DNA of 64,000 nucleotides, taken from Mycobacteriales bacterium (GTDB lineage Bacteria; Actinomycetota; Actinomycetes; Mycobacteriales; Nakamurellaceae). Below the pieces are notes generated by a model. That model searched no databases. It had not been told where the DNA came from and saw only the letters and a program-made list of their open reading frames with translations. Where the stretch lies: assembly GCA_038246445.1 (NCBI GenBank), contig JBBRVZ010000010.1, forward strand, positions 3,233 to 67,232, read 5' to 3'. A program made the position numbers and the translations under genes. Positions within the stretch are counted from its first letter, which is position 1, and every line of letters begins with the position of its first letter. Shown here one piece after another: positions 41,330 to 52,233 of the stretch.

Positions 41330-43135
41330 ATGTTGACCCGAACAGCACGCGTGTGGGCACCCCGGGCCGCCACGGTCCAGCTGGTGGTCGACGGCGTCGA
41401 GCACCCGATGGACGCCCAGGACGGTGGTTGGTGGACTGCCGATCTGACCGCGGCCGCGGCGTCGGCGGGCACCGGGGCGTTCGTTTCCGACGTCGGAGAA
41501 CCGCCGCACGACATCGACTACGGCTACCGGATCGACGACGAACCCGCGGTACTCCCGGATCCGCGGTCCCGACACCAACCCAACGGCGTCGAGGGACTCA
41601 CCCGCACCTTCGACCACTCCGCCTACGTCTGGGGTGACCAGGCATGGACCGGTCGCCCGCTCGGCGGCGGTCTGATCTACGAGATGCATATCGGCACGTT
41701 CACCCCCGTTGGCACCCTCGACTCGGCGATCGAGCGCCTGGACCATCTGGTCTCCATCGGGGTCGACATGGTGGAACTGTTGCCGGTCAACGCCTTCAAC
41801 GGCACCCACAACTGGGGCTACGACGGCGTTCTGTGGTTCGCGGTGCAGGAGACGTACGGCGGGCCGCGTGCCTATCAGCGTTTTGTCGACGCCTGCCACC
41901 AGCGGGGCATTGCCGTCATCCAGGACGTCGTCTACAACCACCTGGGGGCGGGCGGCAATTACCTGCCGAAATTCGGCCCGTATTTGACAGACTCCGCCGC
42001 CCGCAGCACCTGGGGCGACACCATCAATCTCGACGGGCCCGACTCCGGTGAGGTCCGCCGGTACATCCTGGACAACGTGCTGATGTGGCTGCGGGACTAC
42101 CACGTCGACGGCCTGCGACTCGACGCCGTGCATGCGCTCGCCGATACCCAGGCCAGACACCTGCTCGAGGAAATAGCCATCGAGGCCGACGCGCTGGCCC
42201 CGCATGTCCGGCGACCGCTGACGCTGATCGCGGAGTCGGATTTGAACGATCCCAAACTGATCACCCCCCGGGAGGCCGGCGGGTACGGTCTGACAGCCCA
42301 GTGGAACGACGACTTCCACCACGTCGTGCACGTCGCCCTCACCGGCGAGAAGGACGGCTACTACGCCGATTTCGGTTCCATGTCGGCTATCGTCAAGGTC
42401 ATCACGAAGGCGTTCTTCCACAACGGCACCTACTCCAGCTTTCGCGGTCGCGACCACGGCCGTCCGGTGGACACCCTGGTCACCCCCAGCTGGCGATTCG
42501 TCGGCTACGCGCAGGACCACGATCAGATCGGTAACCGGGCCACCGGCGATCGGTTGACCGGCCACCTGTCCCCCGCCGAGTTGGCCATCGCGGCAGTGCT
42601 GGTCCTCACCGGACCGTTCACCCCGATGCTGTTCATGGGTGAGGAATGGGCCGCCTCCACGCCGTGGGCGTTTTTCACCTCCCATCCCGACGAGGGTCTC
42701 GGCGAGGCGACCCGCAAGGGCCGCTTGGCGGAATTCGCCCGGATGGGCTGGGATCCGAATGTGGTCCCCGATCCCCAGGCGGAGTCGACGTTCCTGGACG
42801 CCAAGCTGAACTGGGACGAGTCCACCTCGGGTCAGCACGCCGAGATGCTCTCGCTGTACAGGGATCTCGCACGCATTCGGCGGGAGCGTCCGGAGCTCAC
42901 CGACCCCCGGTTCGACAACAACGTCGTCACGTTCGACGACGATCAGCGCTGGTTGCTGATCAACAGATCTGGGCTGCGGATCGTTGTCAATTTCTCCGGC
43001 ACGGAGCAACAGATCCCGTTGGACCGCCCGGTGGGCGACGTGCTGCTGGCTACCGTATCCGACGTCGACATCCGGCCGGGCGGTCTCGCGGTCCCCGCAC
43101 ACTCCGCAACGATTCTGGCGCCGGCCGGCGAATGA
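41330..43135 (+). CDS. treZ: Malto-oligosyltrehalose trehalohydrolase
   Basis: The ATG at 41330 gives [22 protein letters not shown]..., matching the usual TreZ N-terminus. GH13 motifs are GLRLDAVHA and AESDLND. Confidence 0.92.
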   Translation: MLTRTARVWAPRAATVQLVVDGVEHPMDAQDGGWWTADLTAAAASAGTGAFVSDVGEPPHDIDYGYRIDDEPAVLPDPRSRHQPNGVEGLTRTFDHSAYVWGDQAWTGRPLGGGLIYEMHIGTFTPVGTLDSAIERLDHLVSIGVDMVELLPVNAFNGTHNWGYDGVLWFAVQETYGGPRAYQRFVDACHQRGIAVIQDVVYNHLGAGGNYLPKFGPYLTDSAARSTWGDTINLDGPDSGEVRRYILDNVLMWLRDYHVDGLRLDAVHALADTQARHLLEEIAIEADALAPHVRRPLTLIAESDLNDPKLITPREAGGYGLTAQWNDDFHHVVHVALTGEKDGYYADFGSMSAIVKVITKAFFHNGTYSSFRGRDHGRPVDTLVTPSWRFVGYAQDHDQIGNRATGDRLTGHLSPAELAIAAVLVLTGPFTPMLFMGEEWAASTPWAFFTSHPDEGLGEATRKGRLAEFARMGWDPNVVPDPQAESTFLDAKLNWDESTSGQHAEMLSLYRDLARIRRERPELTDPRFDNNVVTFDDDQRWLLINRSGLRIVVNFSGTEQQIPLDRPVGDVLLATVSDVDIRPGGLAVPAHSATILAPAGE

Positions 43136-44634
43136 GCACATCGTTGGGGTCGGCGACGGCCGCCTACGATGTTCGCTGGCTATTCGGCGACCAACTCGGT
43201 CCGCACTTCGTGGACTCCCCCGACCAACGGGTGATCCTGATCGAGTCCCGCAATGTGTTCGCCCGCAAGCGGTTTCACCGGCAGAAGGCGCATCTGGTGC
43301 TGTCCGCCATGCGGCACCGGGCCGCCGAACTCGGTGCGTCATGCGACTACCGGCGTGCCCGGACCTACGCCGAGGCGCTGGGTGACGCGGCGGTGTCGGT
43401 GTGCCACCCGACGAGCTTCGCCGCCAGAGGACTGGTCGACGCCATGCCCGGTGTGCGGGTCCTGCCGGCGCGTGGATTTGCCACCTCGATGGAAGATTTC
43501 GGTGCCTGGGCGGAGGGTCGAGGGGCCCGGCGACTGCTGATGGAGGACCACTACCGGTTGGCGCGGCGGCGTCTCGGCGTGCTGATGGACGGTGACGAAC
43601 CCACCGGTGGCCGGTGGAACCTCGACGCCGACAACCGACTGCCGCCGCCGAGTCGCGCACGCCTGGATGTTCCGGAGCCGCTGTGGCCCGTCGAGGACGA
43701 GATCGACGACGAGGTGCGCCGCGACCTGGACCGCTGGGAGCGGGACGGTGACGTCTGCTTCATCGGTGTCGACGGACCGCGGCGTTTCCCGGCGACCACC
43801 GCGGAGGCGCTGGCCCGTTTCGAGCACTTCGTCGAACACCGATTGGCGACGTTCGGTCCGTACGAGGACGCGATGCTGGCCCGCGACGCCTGGATGGCAC
43901 ACTCGCTGATCTCCGCCTCCCTCAACCTGGGTCTGCTGGACCCGTTGGATGTGGTCCAGCGGGTCGAGACGGCCTACCGGGCAGGTGATGTGCCACTCGC
44001 CTCGGCGGAGGGCTTCGTCCGTCAGGTGATCGGCTGGCGGGACTACATCTGGAACCTCTACTGGTACCTGGGCCCGGACTACCGGCACCGCAACGCGTTG
44101 CGGGCCGACACCGACCTGCCGCAGTGGTTCGCCGAACTGGACGCCGACGCGGTCCAGGCACGGTGCCTGTCGTCGGTGCTGGCCGGGGTGCGCGACCACG
44201 CCTGGGTTCACCACATCCCGCGGTTGATGGTGCTGGGCAACTACGCGATGCAACGCGGGTGGCAGCCGGAGCAGGTGATGGACTGGTTCCACCGCGCCTT
44301 CATCGACGGTTACGACTGGGTGATGGTGCCGAATGCGGTCGGCATGTCGCAGTACGGCGACGGCGGGCAGATCACCACCAAGCCCTACGCCTCGGGCGGC
44401 GCGTACATCAACCGGATGAGCGACTACTGCGGCGGCTGCGCGTACCGGCCGTCGGTCCGAGTCGGTGCGCAGGCGTGCCCGTACTCCGCCGGCTACTGGT
44501 GGTTCCTGCACCGCCACCGTGCGGAACTCACCGGCAATCACCGCTTGGCGCAGCCGCTGCGGGGACTGGACCGGCTTTCCGATCTCGAGGCCCTGGTGGA
44601 GCAGGAGAACGCCAGGGGGTCTACGGCGCCGTAG
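43132..44634 (+). CDS. Cryptochrome/photolyase family protein of the FeS-BCP (COG3046, (6-4)-photolyase-like) type
   Basis: 500 aa. Its ATG overlaps the treZ stop as ATGA. It begins [13 protein letters not shown] and has a C-terminal Cys cluster, [10 protein letters not shown]...[15 protein letters not shown], resembling the 4Fe-4S ligands of PhrB/CryB-type enzymes. Confidence 0.8.
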   Translation: MSTSLGSATAAYDVRWLFGDQLGPHFVDSPDQRVILIESRNVFARKRFHRQKAHLVLSAMRHRAAELGASCDYRRARTYAEALGDAAVSVCHPTSFAARGLVDAMPGVRVLPARGFATSMEDFGAWAEGRGARRLLMEDHYRLARRRLGVLMDGDEPTGGRWNLDADNRLPPPSRARLDVPEPLWPVEDEIDDEVRRDLDRWERDGDVCFIGVDGPRRFPATTAEALARFEHFVEHRLATFGPYEDAMLARDAWMAHSLISASLNLGLLDPLDVVQRVETAYRAGDVPLASAEGFVRQVIGWRDYIWNLYWYLGPDYRHRNALRADTDLPQWFAELDADAVQARCLSSVLAGVRDHAWVHHIPRLMVLGNYAMQRGWQPEQVMDWFHRAFIDGYDWVMVPNAVGMSQYGDGGQITTKPYASGGAYINRMSDYCGGCAYRPSVRVGAQACPYSAGYWWFLHRHRAELTGNHRLAQPLRGLDRLSDLEALVEQENARGSTAP

Positions 44635-45025
44635 CGCGGACCAGCCGGCCCAGTGCAATTCTGGCCAGCGGCGCGTACGCCAGCACCGCAGGTGCGGGAC
44701 CATCGATCACCAGGTCGGTGCTTGATCCACCCAGCGTCTTTTCGTTGGACAACCGGACCTCGTGGTGGAGCGTCAGCACCAGCCCTACGGCGGTCACTTC
44801 CCAGCTCCAGGAGCGCTTGTCGTGGTCGACGTGCAGAACCTGGAAGGGCACCTGCACGCCCAGTGGGCCGTGAACGGTGCCGGTGGTGCCGGCATGCAGG
44901 GTGCTGTCCTGGGTGTTCACGGAGGTGATCTGCGGGGACCAGGTGTGCCACAACCCGGGGTGCACATAACGGTCCCAGGCAACATCCGGGGACGCCGTCC
45001 CGGTGGCCCCGATGCGAAGTTTCAC
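44621..45025 (-). CDS. SRPBCC (START/polyketide-cyclase-like) family protein
   Basis: 134 aa with W-rich beta-rich sequence (VAWDRYVHPGLWHTWSPQI...RSWSWEV). It overlaps the HAD gene by 4 nt and the convergent photolyase 3' end by 14 nt. Confidence 0.6.
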   Translation of the reverse strand: MKLRIGATGTASPDVAWDRYVHPGLWHTWSPQITSVNTQDSTLHAGTTGTVHGPLGVQVPFQVLHVDHDKRSWSWEVTAVGLVLTLHHEVRLSNEKTLGGSSTDLVIDGPAPAVLAYAPLARIALGRLVRATAP

Positions 45026-45741
45026 AGCCGCCCTCGGTGGACCGATCGCCGGAACTCACGGTGGATATGGCGCAGTTCTTCCACGGTGGCCCCGAGCAGA
45101 GAGGACGCGAAGATGCGTCCGGGACCTTCCGGCACCGGCACCTCCGAGGGGACGACCAGCACCGGGATCCCCGCGGACACGGCAGCCTGCGTTCCGGACG
45201 GCGAGTCCTCGATAGCCAGGCAGGTGGCAGCCGACAAGCCCAGAGCGCCCATCGCGGCCAGGTACGGCTGCGGGTCGGGTTTGCCCCGCTCGACGTCATC
45301 GCCGCAGACGGTTGCATCGAAACGGTGCGGGCCGAGGAGCCCGAGCGCGACGTCGACGAGCCGGCGAGGGGAGTTGGTCACCAGGGCCGTCTTCAGCCCG
45401 CCGGCCCGCACCGCGTCGATCAGCTCCTCCGCGCCCGGCTGCCACAGCAGTTCGTCGGCGAAGATCTCCGCGGTGATGCCCAGCAGCAGCGCGGTGGTGT
45501 CCTGCACGCTGTGACTGGAACCGAATTCCTCGAGCAGCATCGCGACCGATGCGGGAACGGGCTTGCCGATCATCGCTGCCCGGGTGGACGCACTCATCAC
45601 CCCACCCAGATGCGTCGCCACCCTGTCCATGGACACCGTCCACAGTCGCTCGGAATCAACCAGCGTGCCGTCCATGTCGAACAGCACCCCACCCAGACTC
45701 TCCAGCTCGACGGCGGGACCGGCCTCAGCGGGTCGCTTCAC
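45022..45741 (-). CDS. HAD-superfamily hydrolase (beta-phosphoglucomutase-like subfamily IA)
   Basis: Motif I is VLFDMDGTLVDSE. Also present are ...LVTNS... and ...AIEDSPSGTQAAVSAG. Confidence 0.8.
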   Translation of the reverse strand: MKRPAEAGPAVELESLGGVLFDMDGTLVDSERLWTVSMDRVATHLGGVMSASTRAAMIGKPVPASVAMLLEEFGSSHSVQDTTALLLGITAEIFADELLWQPGAEELIDAVRAGGLKTALVTNSPRRLVDVALGLLGPHRFDATVCGDDVERGKPDPQPYLAAMGALGLSAATCLAIEDSPSGTQAAVSAGIPVLVVPSEVPVPEGPGRIFASSLLGATVEELRHIHREFRRSVHRGRL

Positions 45742-48700
45742 CGGGCCGCGAAGTATTTCGCCTCTGGGTGGTGCGCCACCAGCGCGGACGTCGACTGTTC
45801 GGGATGCAGTTGGAATTCCTCGGACAGCTCGACCCCGATCCGTCCGGGTTCGAGCAGTGTCACCACCTTCGTCTGCTCGGTCAGGTCGGGGCAGGCCGGG
45901 TAGCCGAAAGAGTAACGCGCGCCGCGGTAGTCGAGGTCGAAGAACCGCTCGACGTCGTCGGCGTCCTGGGCCGCGGCCGACGTCCCGTCCGGGAACACCA
46001 GCTCGGAGCGGATGCGCTGGTGCCAGAACTCGGCCAGCGCCTCGGTCAGCTGCACGGAAAGCCCGTGCACCTCGAGGTAGTCGCGATAGGCATTCGCGGC
46101 GAACAGTTCGTTCGCGAAGTCGGCGATCCGCTGGCCCATGGTGACGACGGTGAAGCCGATGACGTCGACCTCACCGGCGCTGCGGGGACGGTAGAAGTCG
46201 GCCAGGCACAGGTGTCGATCCCGCCGCTGCCGGGGGAAGCAGAAGCGTGCGACTTCCGGCGCGGCGATGTCGGGCTCGGACAGCACCACGACCTCGTCGC
46301 CCTCGGAAACGCACGGGAAGTACCCGTACGCCACCGCCGCCTGCAACACCTTCTCGGTGTGCAGCCGCTCCAGCCAGTACCGCAGCCGGGGCCGGCCCTC
46401 CTTCTCCACCAATTCCTCGTAGCTCGGTCCGCCACCACCCTTGGCGCCGCGCAGTCCCCACTGCCCCATGAACGTGGCGCGCTCGTCGAGCATCGAGGAG
46501 TAGTCCGCCAGCGCAATGCCTTTCACCACCCGTGAGCCCCAGAACGGGGGCGTCGGCACGGGGTTGTCGACGGCCACGTCGGAGCGCGTGGGTAGCACCA
46601 CCGCGGCGTCCTCGAGAGCGGCCGTTGCCCTGCGCTTCTCGGCGATGCGCACCGAGCGTTCGTGCCGGGACTTGCGTTCGGCGACCTTGGCGGCGTCGGC
46701 TGCGGCCGCCTGCGGGTCGAGGCCCCGCTTGCGGGACATCACGCCGTCCATCAAGCGCAGTCCCTCGAAGGCGTCACGCGCATAACGCACGTCTCCCTTG
46801 AAGACCGCCGAGAGGTCGTTCTCCACGTACGAGCGGGTCAGGGCCGCACCGCCGAGCAGCACCGGGAACGTCTCCGCGACGCCGCGGGTGTTCATCTCCT
46901 CCAGGTTTTCCTTCATGATCACCGTTGACTTGACGAGCAGGCCGGACATCCCGATCGCGTCGGCGCCCGCGTCCTGCGCAGCGCTGAGGATGGTCGAGAT
47001 CGGTTGCTTGATACCGAGATTGACCACGGAATACCCGTTGTTGGACAGGATGATGTCGACCAGGTTCTTGCCGATGTCGTGCACATCGCCCTTCACCGTG
47101 GCGAGCACGATAGTGCCCTTTCCCTCCGAGTCGGCCTTCTCCATATGAGGCTCGAGATACGCCACAGCAAGCTTCATCACCTCGGCCGAGGTGAGCACGA
47201 ACGGCAGTTGCATCGCGCCGGAGCCGAACAGTTCGCCGACTGTCTTCATGCCCTCCAGGAGGGTGTCGTTGATGATCTCCAGGGGCTTGCGGTGCTGCAT
47301 CGCCTCGTCGAGATCGGCCTCCAGGCCGTTGCGCTCGCCGTCGATGATGCGCCGTTGCAATCGCTCGTCCAGCGGCAGCAACAACAGCTCGGCGGCCCTG
47401 GTCGCCCGGCCGGCCGCCGTGGTGGCGCCGTCGAAGAGCTCCAAGACCTTCTGCAGCGGGTCGTAGTCGCCTGCACGCCGGTCGTACACCAGGTCGAGGG
47501 CGACCGTTCGCTGCTCCTCCGGGATGCGGGCCATCGGCAGGATTTTCGAGGGGTGGACGATCGCCGAATCCAATCCGGCGGCGGTGCACTCGGCCAGGAA
47601 GACGGAATTGATCACCTGCCGGGCCGCCGGATTCAACCCGAACGAGACGTTCGACACACCCAACGTGGTGTGCACATCGGGGTGCCGGCGCTTGAGTTCC
47701 CTGATGGCCTCGATGGTTTCGATGCCGTCCCGGCGGGTCTCCTCCTGGCCGGTGGCGATCGGGAACGTCAGACAGTCGACCACGATGTCTGTCTCGGACA
47801 TCCCCCAGGTGCCGGTGAGATCGGCGATCAGCCGTTCCGCGATGGCCACCTTGTGTTCGCGAGTGCGGGCCTGGCCCTGCTCGTCGATGGTCAGTGCCAC
47901 CACCGCGGCTCCGTGCTCGGCCGCCAGAGTCATGATCCGGGTGTAGCGGGAGTCCGGGCCGTCCCCGTCCTCGAAGTTCACGGAGTTGACGATCGACCGG
48001 CCACCGAGGTGCTCCAGACCCGCCTGGATGACGGCCGGTTCGGTCGAGTCGATCATGATCGGCAGGGTCGATGCGGTGGCCAATCGCGCCGCCATCGCGG
48101 ACATGTCCGCGGCGCCGTCACGGCCCACGTAGTCGACGTTCAGGTCGAGCACGTGGGCACCGTCGCGGGTCTGCGCGCGGGCGATGTCGATGCACTGCTG
48201 CCAGTTCTCGGCCAGCATCGCCTCGCGGAACGCCTTGGAGCCGTTCGCGTTGGTCCGCTCACCGACCATCAGCACCGAGGCGTCCTGCTGGAACGGCACC
48301 GCCTGGTACAGCGAGGACAGGCCCGGGTCCGGACGGGGCCTGCGCGGCGCGGGCGTGAGATCGCGAACGGCCTCGACGACCTGCCGCAGGTGCTCCGGTG
48401 TGGTGCCGCAGCAGCCGCCCACCAGGCCCAGCCCGAACTCGCGGACGAAGCCGGACAGCGCCTCGGCCAACTCGGGCGGCGTCAGCGGATAGACAGCGCC
48501 GTTCGGCCCCAGTTGCGGCAGGCCTGCGTTGGGCATCACCGAGACGCCGATCCTCGCGTGCCGCGACAGGTACCGCAGGTGCTCGCTCATCTCGGCAGGC
48601 CCGGTCGCGCAGTTCAGCCCGATGTAGTCGATGCCCAGCGGTTCGAGCGCGGTCAGTGCCGCACCGATCTCGGTGCCCAGCAGCATTGTTCCGGTGGTCT

Positions 48701-49289
48701 CGACTGTGACGTGCACGATGATCGGCACGACGAGGCCGACCGCCGTCATCGCCCGTTTGGCGCCCAGCACCGCGGATTTCGTCTGCAGCAGGTCCTGGCA
48801 GGTCTCGACGAGCACCGCGTCGATCCCGCCCTCGAGCATCCCGGCAACCTGCTCGCGGTACGCCTCGCGCAGCGCGCCATAGGGTGCGTGACCGAGCGTC
48901 GGGAGTTTGGTGCCGGGGCCCACCGACCCGAGCACGAACCGCGGCTGTGCCGGCGTGCTGAAGCTGTCCGCCTCAGCCCTGGCGAGAGCGGCGCCGGTCC
49001 GGGCCAGTTCAAAGATGCGGTCCTGGATGTCGTACTCAGCCAGATTCGCCAGGTTCGCACCGAAGGTATTCGTCTCGATGGCGTCGACACCGACCTCGAG
49101 GTACTCCCGGTGCACCGCCCGGACGATGTCGGGCCTGGTGACGTTCAGGATCTCGTTGCAGCCCTCCAGGCCGGCGAAATCGTCCAGCGAGGGGTCCTGT
49201 GCCTGCAGCATCGTGCCCATCGCGCCATCTGCGACGACGACCCGCTCGGCGAGCGCGGCCAGCAACGGGTGCACAGCGGGGTTGTTCAC
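45738..49289 (-). CDS. metH: Cobalamin-dependent methionine synthase
   Basis: 1183 aa containing Hcy-binding, pterin-binding, B12-binding (GDVHDIGKN, i.e. DxHxxG) and AdoMet-activation domains. Confidence 0.97.
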   Translation of the reverse strand: MNNPAVHPLLAALAERVVVADGAMGTMLQAQDPSLDDFAGLEGCNEILNVTRPDIVRAVHREYLEVGVDAIETNTFGANLANLAEYDIQDRIFELARTGAALARAEADSFSTPAQPRFVLGSVGPGTKLPTLGHAPYGALREAYREQVAGMLEGGIDAVLVETCQDLLQTKSAVLGAKRAMTAVGLVVPIIVHVTVETTGTMLLGTEIGAALTALEPLGIDYIGLNCATGPAEMSEHLRYLSRHARIGVSVMPNAGLPQLGPNGAVYPLTPPELAEALSGFVREFGLGLVGGCCGTTPEHLRQVVEAVRDLTPAPRRPRPDPGLSSLYQAVPFQQDASVLMVGERTNANGSKAFREAMLAENWQQCIDIARAQTRDGAHVLDLNVDYVGRDGAADMSAMAARLATASTLPIMIDSTEPAVIQAGLEHLGGRSIVNSVNFEDGDGPDSRYTRIMTLAAEHGAAVVALTIDEQGQARTREHKVAIAERLIADLTGTWGMSETDIVVDCLTFPIATGQEETRRDGIETIEAIRELKRRHPDVHTTLGVSNVSFGLNPAARQVINSVFLAECTAAGLDSAIVHPSKILPMARIPEEQRTVALDLVYDRRAGDYDPLQKVLELFDGATTAAGRATRAAELLLLPLDERLQRRIIDGERNGLEADLDEAMQHRKPLEIINDTLLEGMKTVGELFGSGAMQLPFVLTSAEVMKLAVAYLEPHMEKADSEGKGTIVLATVKGDVHDIGKNLVDIILSNNGYSVVNLGIKQPISTILSAAQDAGADAIGMSGLLVKSTVIMKENLEEMNTRGVAETFPVLLGGAALTRSYVENDLSAVFKGDVRYARDAFEGLRLMDGVMSRKRGLDPQAAAADAAKVAERKSRHERSVRIAEKRRATAALEDAAVVLPTRSDVAVDNPVPTPPFWGSRVVKGIALADYSSMLDERATFMGQWGLRGAKGGGGPSYEELVEKEGRPRLRYWLERLHTEKVLQAAVAYGYFPCVSEGDEVVVLSEPDIAAPEVARFCFPRQRRDRHLCLADFYRPRSAGEVDVIGFTVVTMGQRIADFANELFAANAYRDYLEVHGLSVQLTEALAEFWHQRIRSELVFPDGTSAAAQDADDVERFFDLDYRGARYSFGYPACPDLTEQTKVVTLLEPGRIGVELSEEFQLHPEQSTSALVAHHPEAKYFAAR

Positions 49290-49356
49290 CGGTCCAGAGT
49301 AATTCCTGCCGGCCGGTAGATGGCCCCAGCGCCGCGCGTGGGGCGCAAATGCTCCT

Positions 49357-50247
49357 GTGAACGGACGTAGGCTGACCTGCGTGAGTCAGTTCCCGGCCCT
49401 GCGCAACCCGGTGATGATCGCCGCCTTCGAGGGGTGGAACGACGCCGGCGACGCTGCCACCGCCGCCGTCGAGCAGCTCGGTCTCACCTGGGACGCCACC
49501 CCGTTGACCGAGCTCGATCCCGAGGGTTACTACGACTTCCAGGTGAGCAGGCCGACAGTCCGGCTGATCGACGGCGTCACCAGAACGATCGACTGGCCGA
49601 CGACCAGGTTGTCGGCGTGCCGACTCGACTCCTCACCCAGTGACGTCATCCTGGTGCACGGCATCGAGCCGAATTTCCGCTGGCGGGCGTTCTGCGACGA
49701 GCTGCTCAAGATCGCGGTCGACCATCAGGCGACGACGGTCATCAGTCTGGGCGCCCTGCTCGCGGACGTGCCGCACACCCGCCCGATCCAGGTCACCGGC
49801 TCCGCGCACGATCAGCAGACCGCCGCCCGGCTCGGGTTGGCGCGATCCAGCTACGAGGGTCCGACCGGGATCTCCGGGGTCTTCCAGGACGCCTGCGTCC
49901 AGGCCGGGATCCCGGCATTGTCGTTCTGGGCCTCCGTACCCCACTATGTGTCGCAGGCGCCGTCACCCAAGGCAACGCTGGCCCTACTGCATCGGGTCGA
50001 GGACATCCTGGACGTCGAGGTCCCCCTCGGCACGCTGCCCAGCCAGGCGGCCGAGTGGGAGACGGAGGTGTCTCAGATCGCCTCCGAGGACGACGAGATC
50101 TCCGAGTACATCAGGGCTCTGGAGGAGCGCGAGGAAGAGGACGAACCCCTCGAACCCGCCTCCGGCGAATCCATCGCCGCCGAATTCGAGCGGTATCTCC
50201 GGCGGCGCGGACCGCGTCCCGGAGAAGCCGGCGGTCGGTCGCGATGA
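49357..50247 (+). CDS. PAC2 (proteasome assembly chaperone 2-like) family protein
   Basis: PVMIAAFEGWNDAGDAATAAV and an acidic C-terminus. The start is uncertain: GTG at 49357 or GTG at 49381. Confidence 0.85.
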   Translation: MNGRRLTCVSQFPALRNPVMIAAFEGWNDAGDAATAAVEQLGLTWDATPLTELDPEGYYDFQVSRPTVRLIDGVTRTIDWPTTRLSACRLDSSPSDVILVHGIEPNFRWRAFCDELLKIAVDHQATTVISLGALLADVPHTRPIQVTGSAHDQQTAARLGLARSSYEGPTGISGVFQDACVQAGIPALSFWASVPHYVSQAPSPKATLALLHRVEDILDVEVPLGTLPSQAAEWETEVSQIASEDDEISEYIRALEEREEEDEPLEPASGESIAAEFERYLRRRGPRPGEAGGRSR

Positions 50248-50606
50248 CGCTCGAGTGGGAACAGTTGGTCATCGATGCCGCCGACCCGCAGGCGTTGGGC
50301 CGCTGGTGGGCGCACGCACTCGGCTGGGTGAGCGTCAGCGACGACCCCGCCGATGTGGAGATCCGGCCGGCACCGGACACCCTGCCGGGGCTGCTGTTCG
50401 CCACGGTGCCGGAGAGAAAAACGATCAAGAACCGGCTGCATCTGGACTTCCGCCCCGTTGATCGGGACGCGGAGGTGCAACGGCTCGTGGCACTGGGTGC
50501 GAGAAGGGTCGATGTCGGTCAGGTCGGCGTGCCGTGGGTGGTGCTGGCCGACCCGGAGGGCAATGAGTTCTGCGTGCTGGGCCCGCGCCGGCCGCCGATG
50601 GCCTGA
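50244..50606 (+). CDS. VOC (glyoxalase/bleomycin-resistance fold) family protein
   Basis: 120 aa. Its ATG overlaps the PAC2 stop as ATGA. Sequence runs MTLEWEQLVIDAADPQALGRWW...RLHLDF...ADPEGNEFCV. Confidence 0.75.
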   Translation: MTLEWEQLVIDAADPQALGRWWAHALGWVSVSDDPADVEIRPAPDTLPGLLFATVPERKTIKNRLHLDFRPVDRDAEVQRLVALGARRVDVGQVGVPWVVLADPEGNEFCVLGPRRPPMA

Positions 50607-50640
50607 CGCGGACCCAACTGCTGAGCCAGGCGGACAGGCG

Positions 50641-50856
50641 TCAGACGCCGGTGCCACCGCCGGACCCGGCCTGATCGCCACCGGCCATGTCGCCGCCGGA
50701 CTCATCTTCTCCGCCGTCGCCCCGAGCGGACGGCGGCTCCCAGACCTCGGCGAACTCGTCGTCGCTGATCGGTGTGCCCTCGTAGTTCCCGGCGCCGCCC
50801 GCGGCCTCCATCTCCTGTTCGGTCGGTGTGTCGCTCTGTGGCTCGACGTCAGCCAT
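50641..50856 (-). CDS. Small acidic Gly/Asp/Glu-rich hypothetical protein (71 aa)
   Basis: The ATG at 50856 is preceded by GGAAAGGGGAG. The product is MADVEPQSDTPTEQEMEAAGGAGNYEGTPISDDEFAEVWEPP...GGDQAGSGGGTGV. No family recognised. Confidence 0.45.
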   Translation of the reverse strand: MADVEPQSDTPTEQEMEAAGGAGNYEGTPISDDEFAEVWEPPSARGDGGEDESGGDMAGGDQAGSGGGTGV

Positions 50857-50929
50857 GACTCCCCTTTCCTTCGTCGGGCCGCCGCCGTACGCCGCGGCCC
50901 TGTGTCGTGCTGCAGTGCTGCAGTACCCC

Positions 50930-52147
50930 TCAGCGCAGCGCGATACCCAGCAATGCGTCAGCGGCATCGGCGAGCAGCCCGCCGTCGAGCGAGTCGTCGG
51001 CCGCCCAGCGGTCGAGAACCGTCAGCGCTCGCGGCGTTGCGAGGTCATCGGCCAGTGCGTGACGCAACTGCTGCAGCAGAGCACCGGAATCGGCACCCGA
51101 TCGACCTGCCGCTGCGCGCCACCGGCCGAGCCGGCCCTGTGCGGTGCTCAGCAGATTTTGCGACCATGGCCTGTCGGTGCGGTAGTGCCCGGCCAGCAGC
51201 GCCGCCCTGATGGCCATCGGATCGACACCGTCGGCCAGCAGCCGGGAGACGAACACCAGGTTGCCGCGTGACTTCGACATCTTCTCGCCGTCCAGCGAGA
51301 TCATCGCCGCGTGGGTGTAGTGCCGGGCGAACGGCGCGACGCCGGTCAGTACCTCGCTGTGCGCGGCGGAGCACTCGTGGTGCGGGAAGATCAGATCGCT
51401 GCCCCCGCCCTGCACGTCGATGCTCGCGCCGAGCCGGTTGGTGGCGATGGCGGCGCACTCGATGTGCCATCCGGGTCGCCCCGGGCCCATCGGTGACGGC
51501 CACCAGGGCTCACCCTGCCGTTCGGTGCGCCAGAGCAGCGGGTCCAGCGGGTTGCGCTTGCCGGAGCGTTCCGGGTCGCCGCCCCGCTCGGCCGCGAGCG
51601 CGAGCATCGTCGCCAGGTCGTATCGGGATTCGTAGCCGAATTTCGGCGCGCTCGCGACGTCGAAATAGACATCGGGATGCGCGGCGTCATCGACCCGGTA
51701 GGCGGCGCCGGACTGCAGCAGCGTCTGGACGGCAGCCGCAACCTCGTCCATCGCCTCGACGGCCCCGATGTAGTCCCGTGGCGGGAGGACCCGTAGGGCC
51801 GTCATGTCCTCCCGGAACAGCCCGATCTCCCGGGCTGCCAGGTCACGCCAGCCGACACCGTCCCGCGCGGCCCGTTCCAGCAGCGGGTCGTCGACGTCGG
51901 TGATGTTCTGCACGGTGTGCACCCGGTGACCGTTGTCCAGCCATATCCGCTGCACGAGATCGAAGGCGAGGTAGGTGGCGGCGTGGCCGAGGTGGGTGGC
52001 GTCGTACGGCGTGATGCCGCAGACGTACAGGGTGGCCGTCTCCCCCGGCGCTGTCGGCCGCACGGACGCGGTAGCAGTGTCGTGCAATCGCAACGTCACC
52101 GGTGAGCCCGGCAGGGACGGTATGGCAGGACGGTTCCAGGACTGCAC
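50930..52147 (-). CDS. mshC: Cysteine:1D-myo-inosityl 2-amino-2-deoxy-alpha-D-glucopyranoside ligase (mycothiol ligase)
   Basis: 405 aa, a class I aaRS-like protein with [19 protein letters not shown] and KMSKSRGN. It lacks a CysRS anticodon domain, as expected for MshC. Confidence 0.9.
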   Translation of the reverse strand: MQSWNRPAIPSLPGSPVTLRLHDTATASVRPTAPGETATLYVCGITPYDATHLGHAATYLAFDLVQRIWLDNGHRVHTVQNITDVDDPLLERAARDGVGWRDLAAREIGLFREDMTALRVLPPRDYIGAVEAMDEVAAAVQTLLQSGAAYRVDDAAHPDVYFDVASAPKFGYESRYDLATMLALAAERGGDPERSGKRNPLDPLLWRTERQGEPWWPSPMGPGRPGWHIECAAIATNRLGASIDVQGGGSDLIFPHHECSAAHSEVLTGVAPFARHYTHAAMISLDGEKMSKSRGNLVFVSRLLADGVDPMAIRAALLAGHYRTDRPWSQNLLSTAQGRLGRWRAAAGRSGADSGALLQQLRHALADDLATPRALTVLDRWAADDSLDGGLLADAADALLGIALR

Positions 52148-52233
52148 CGGTCCACCCTAAGGGTGATTCGAACCGTCCCGGCCCGGCCCTTGCGCCGGAC
52201 GAGGTGGGCCGGCGGGAACCGTGTTCGCCGGCT

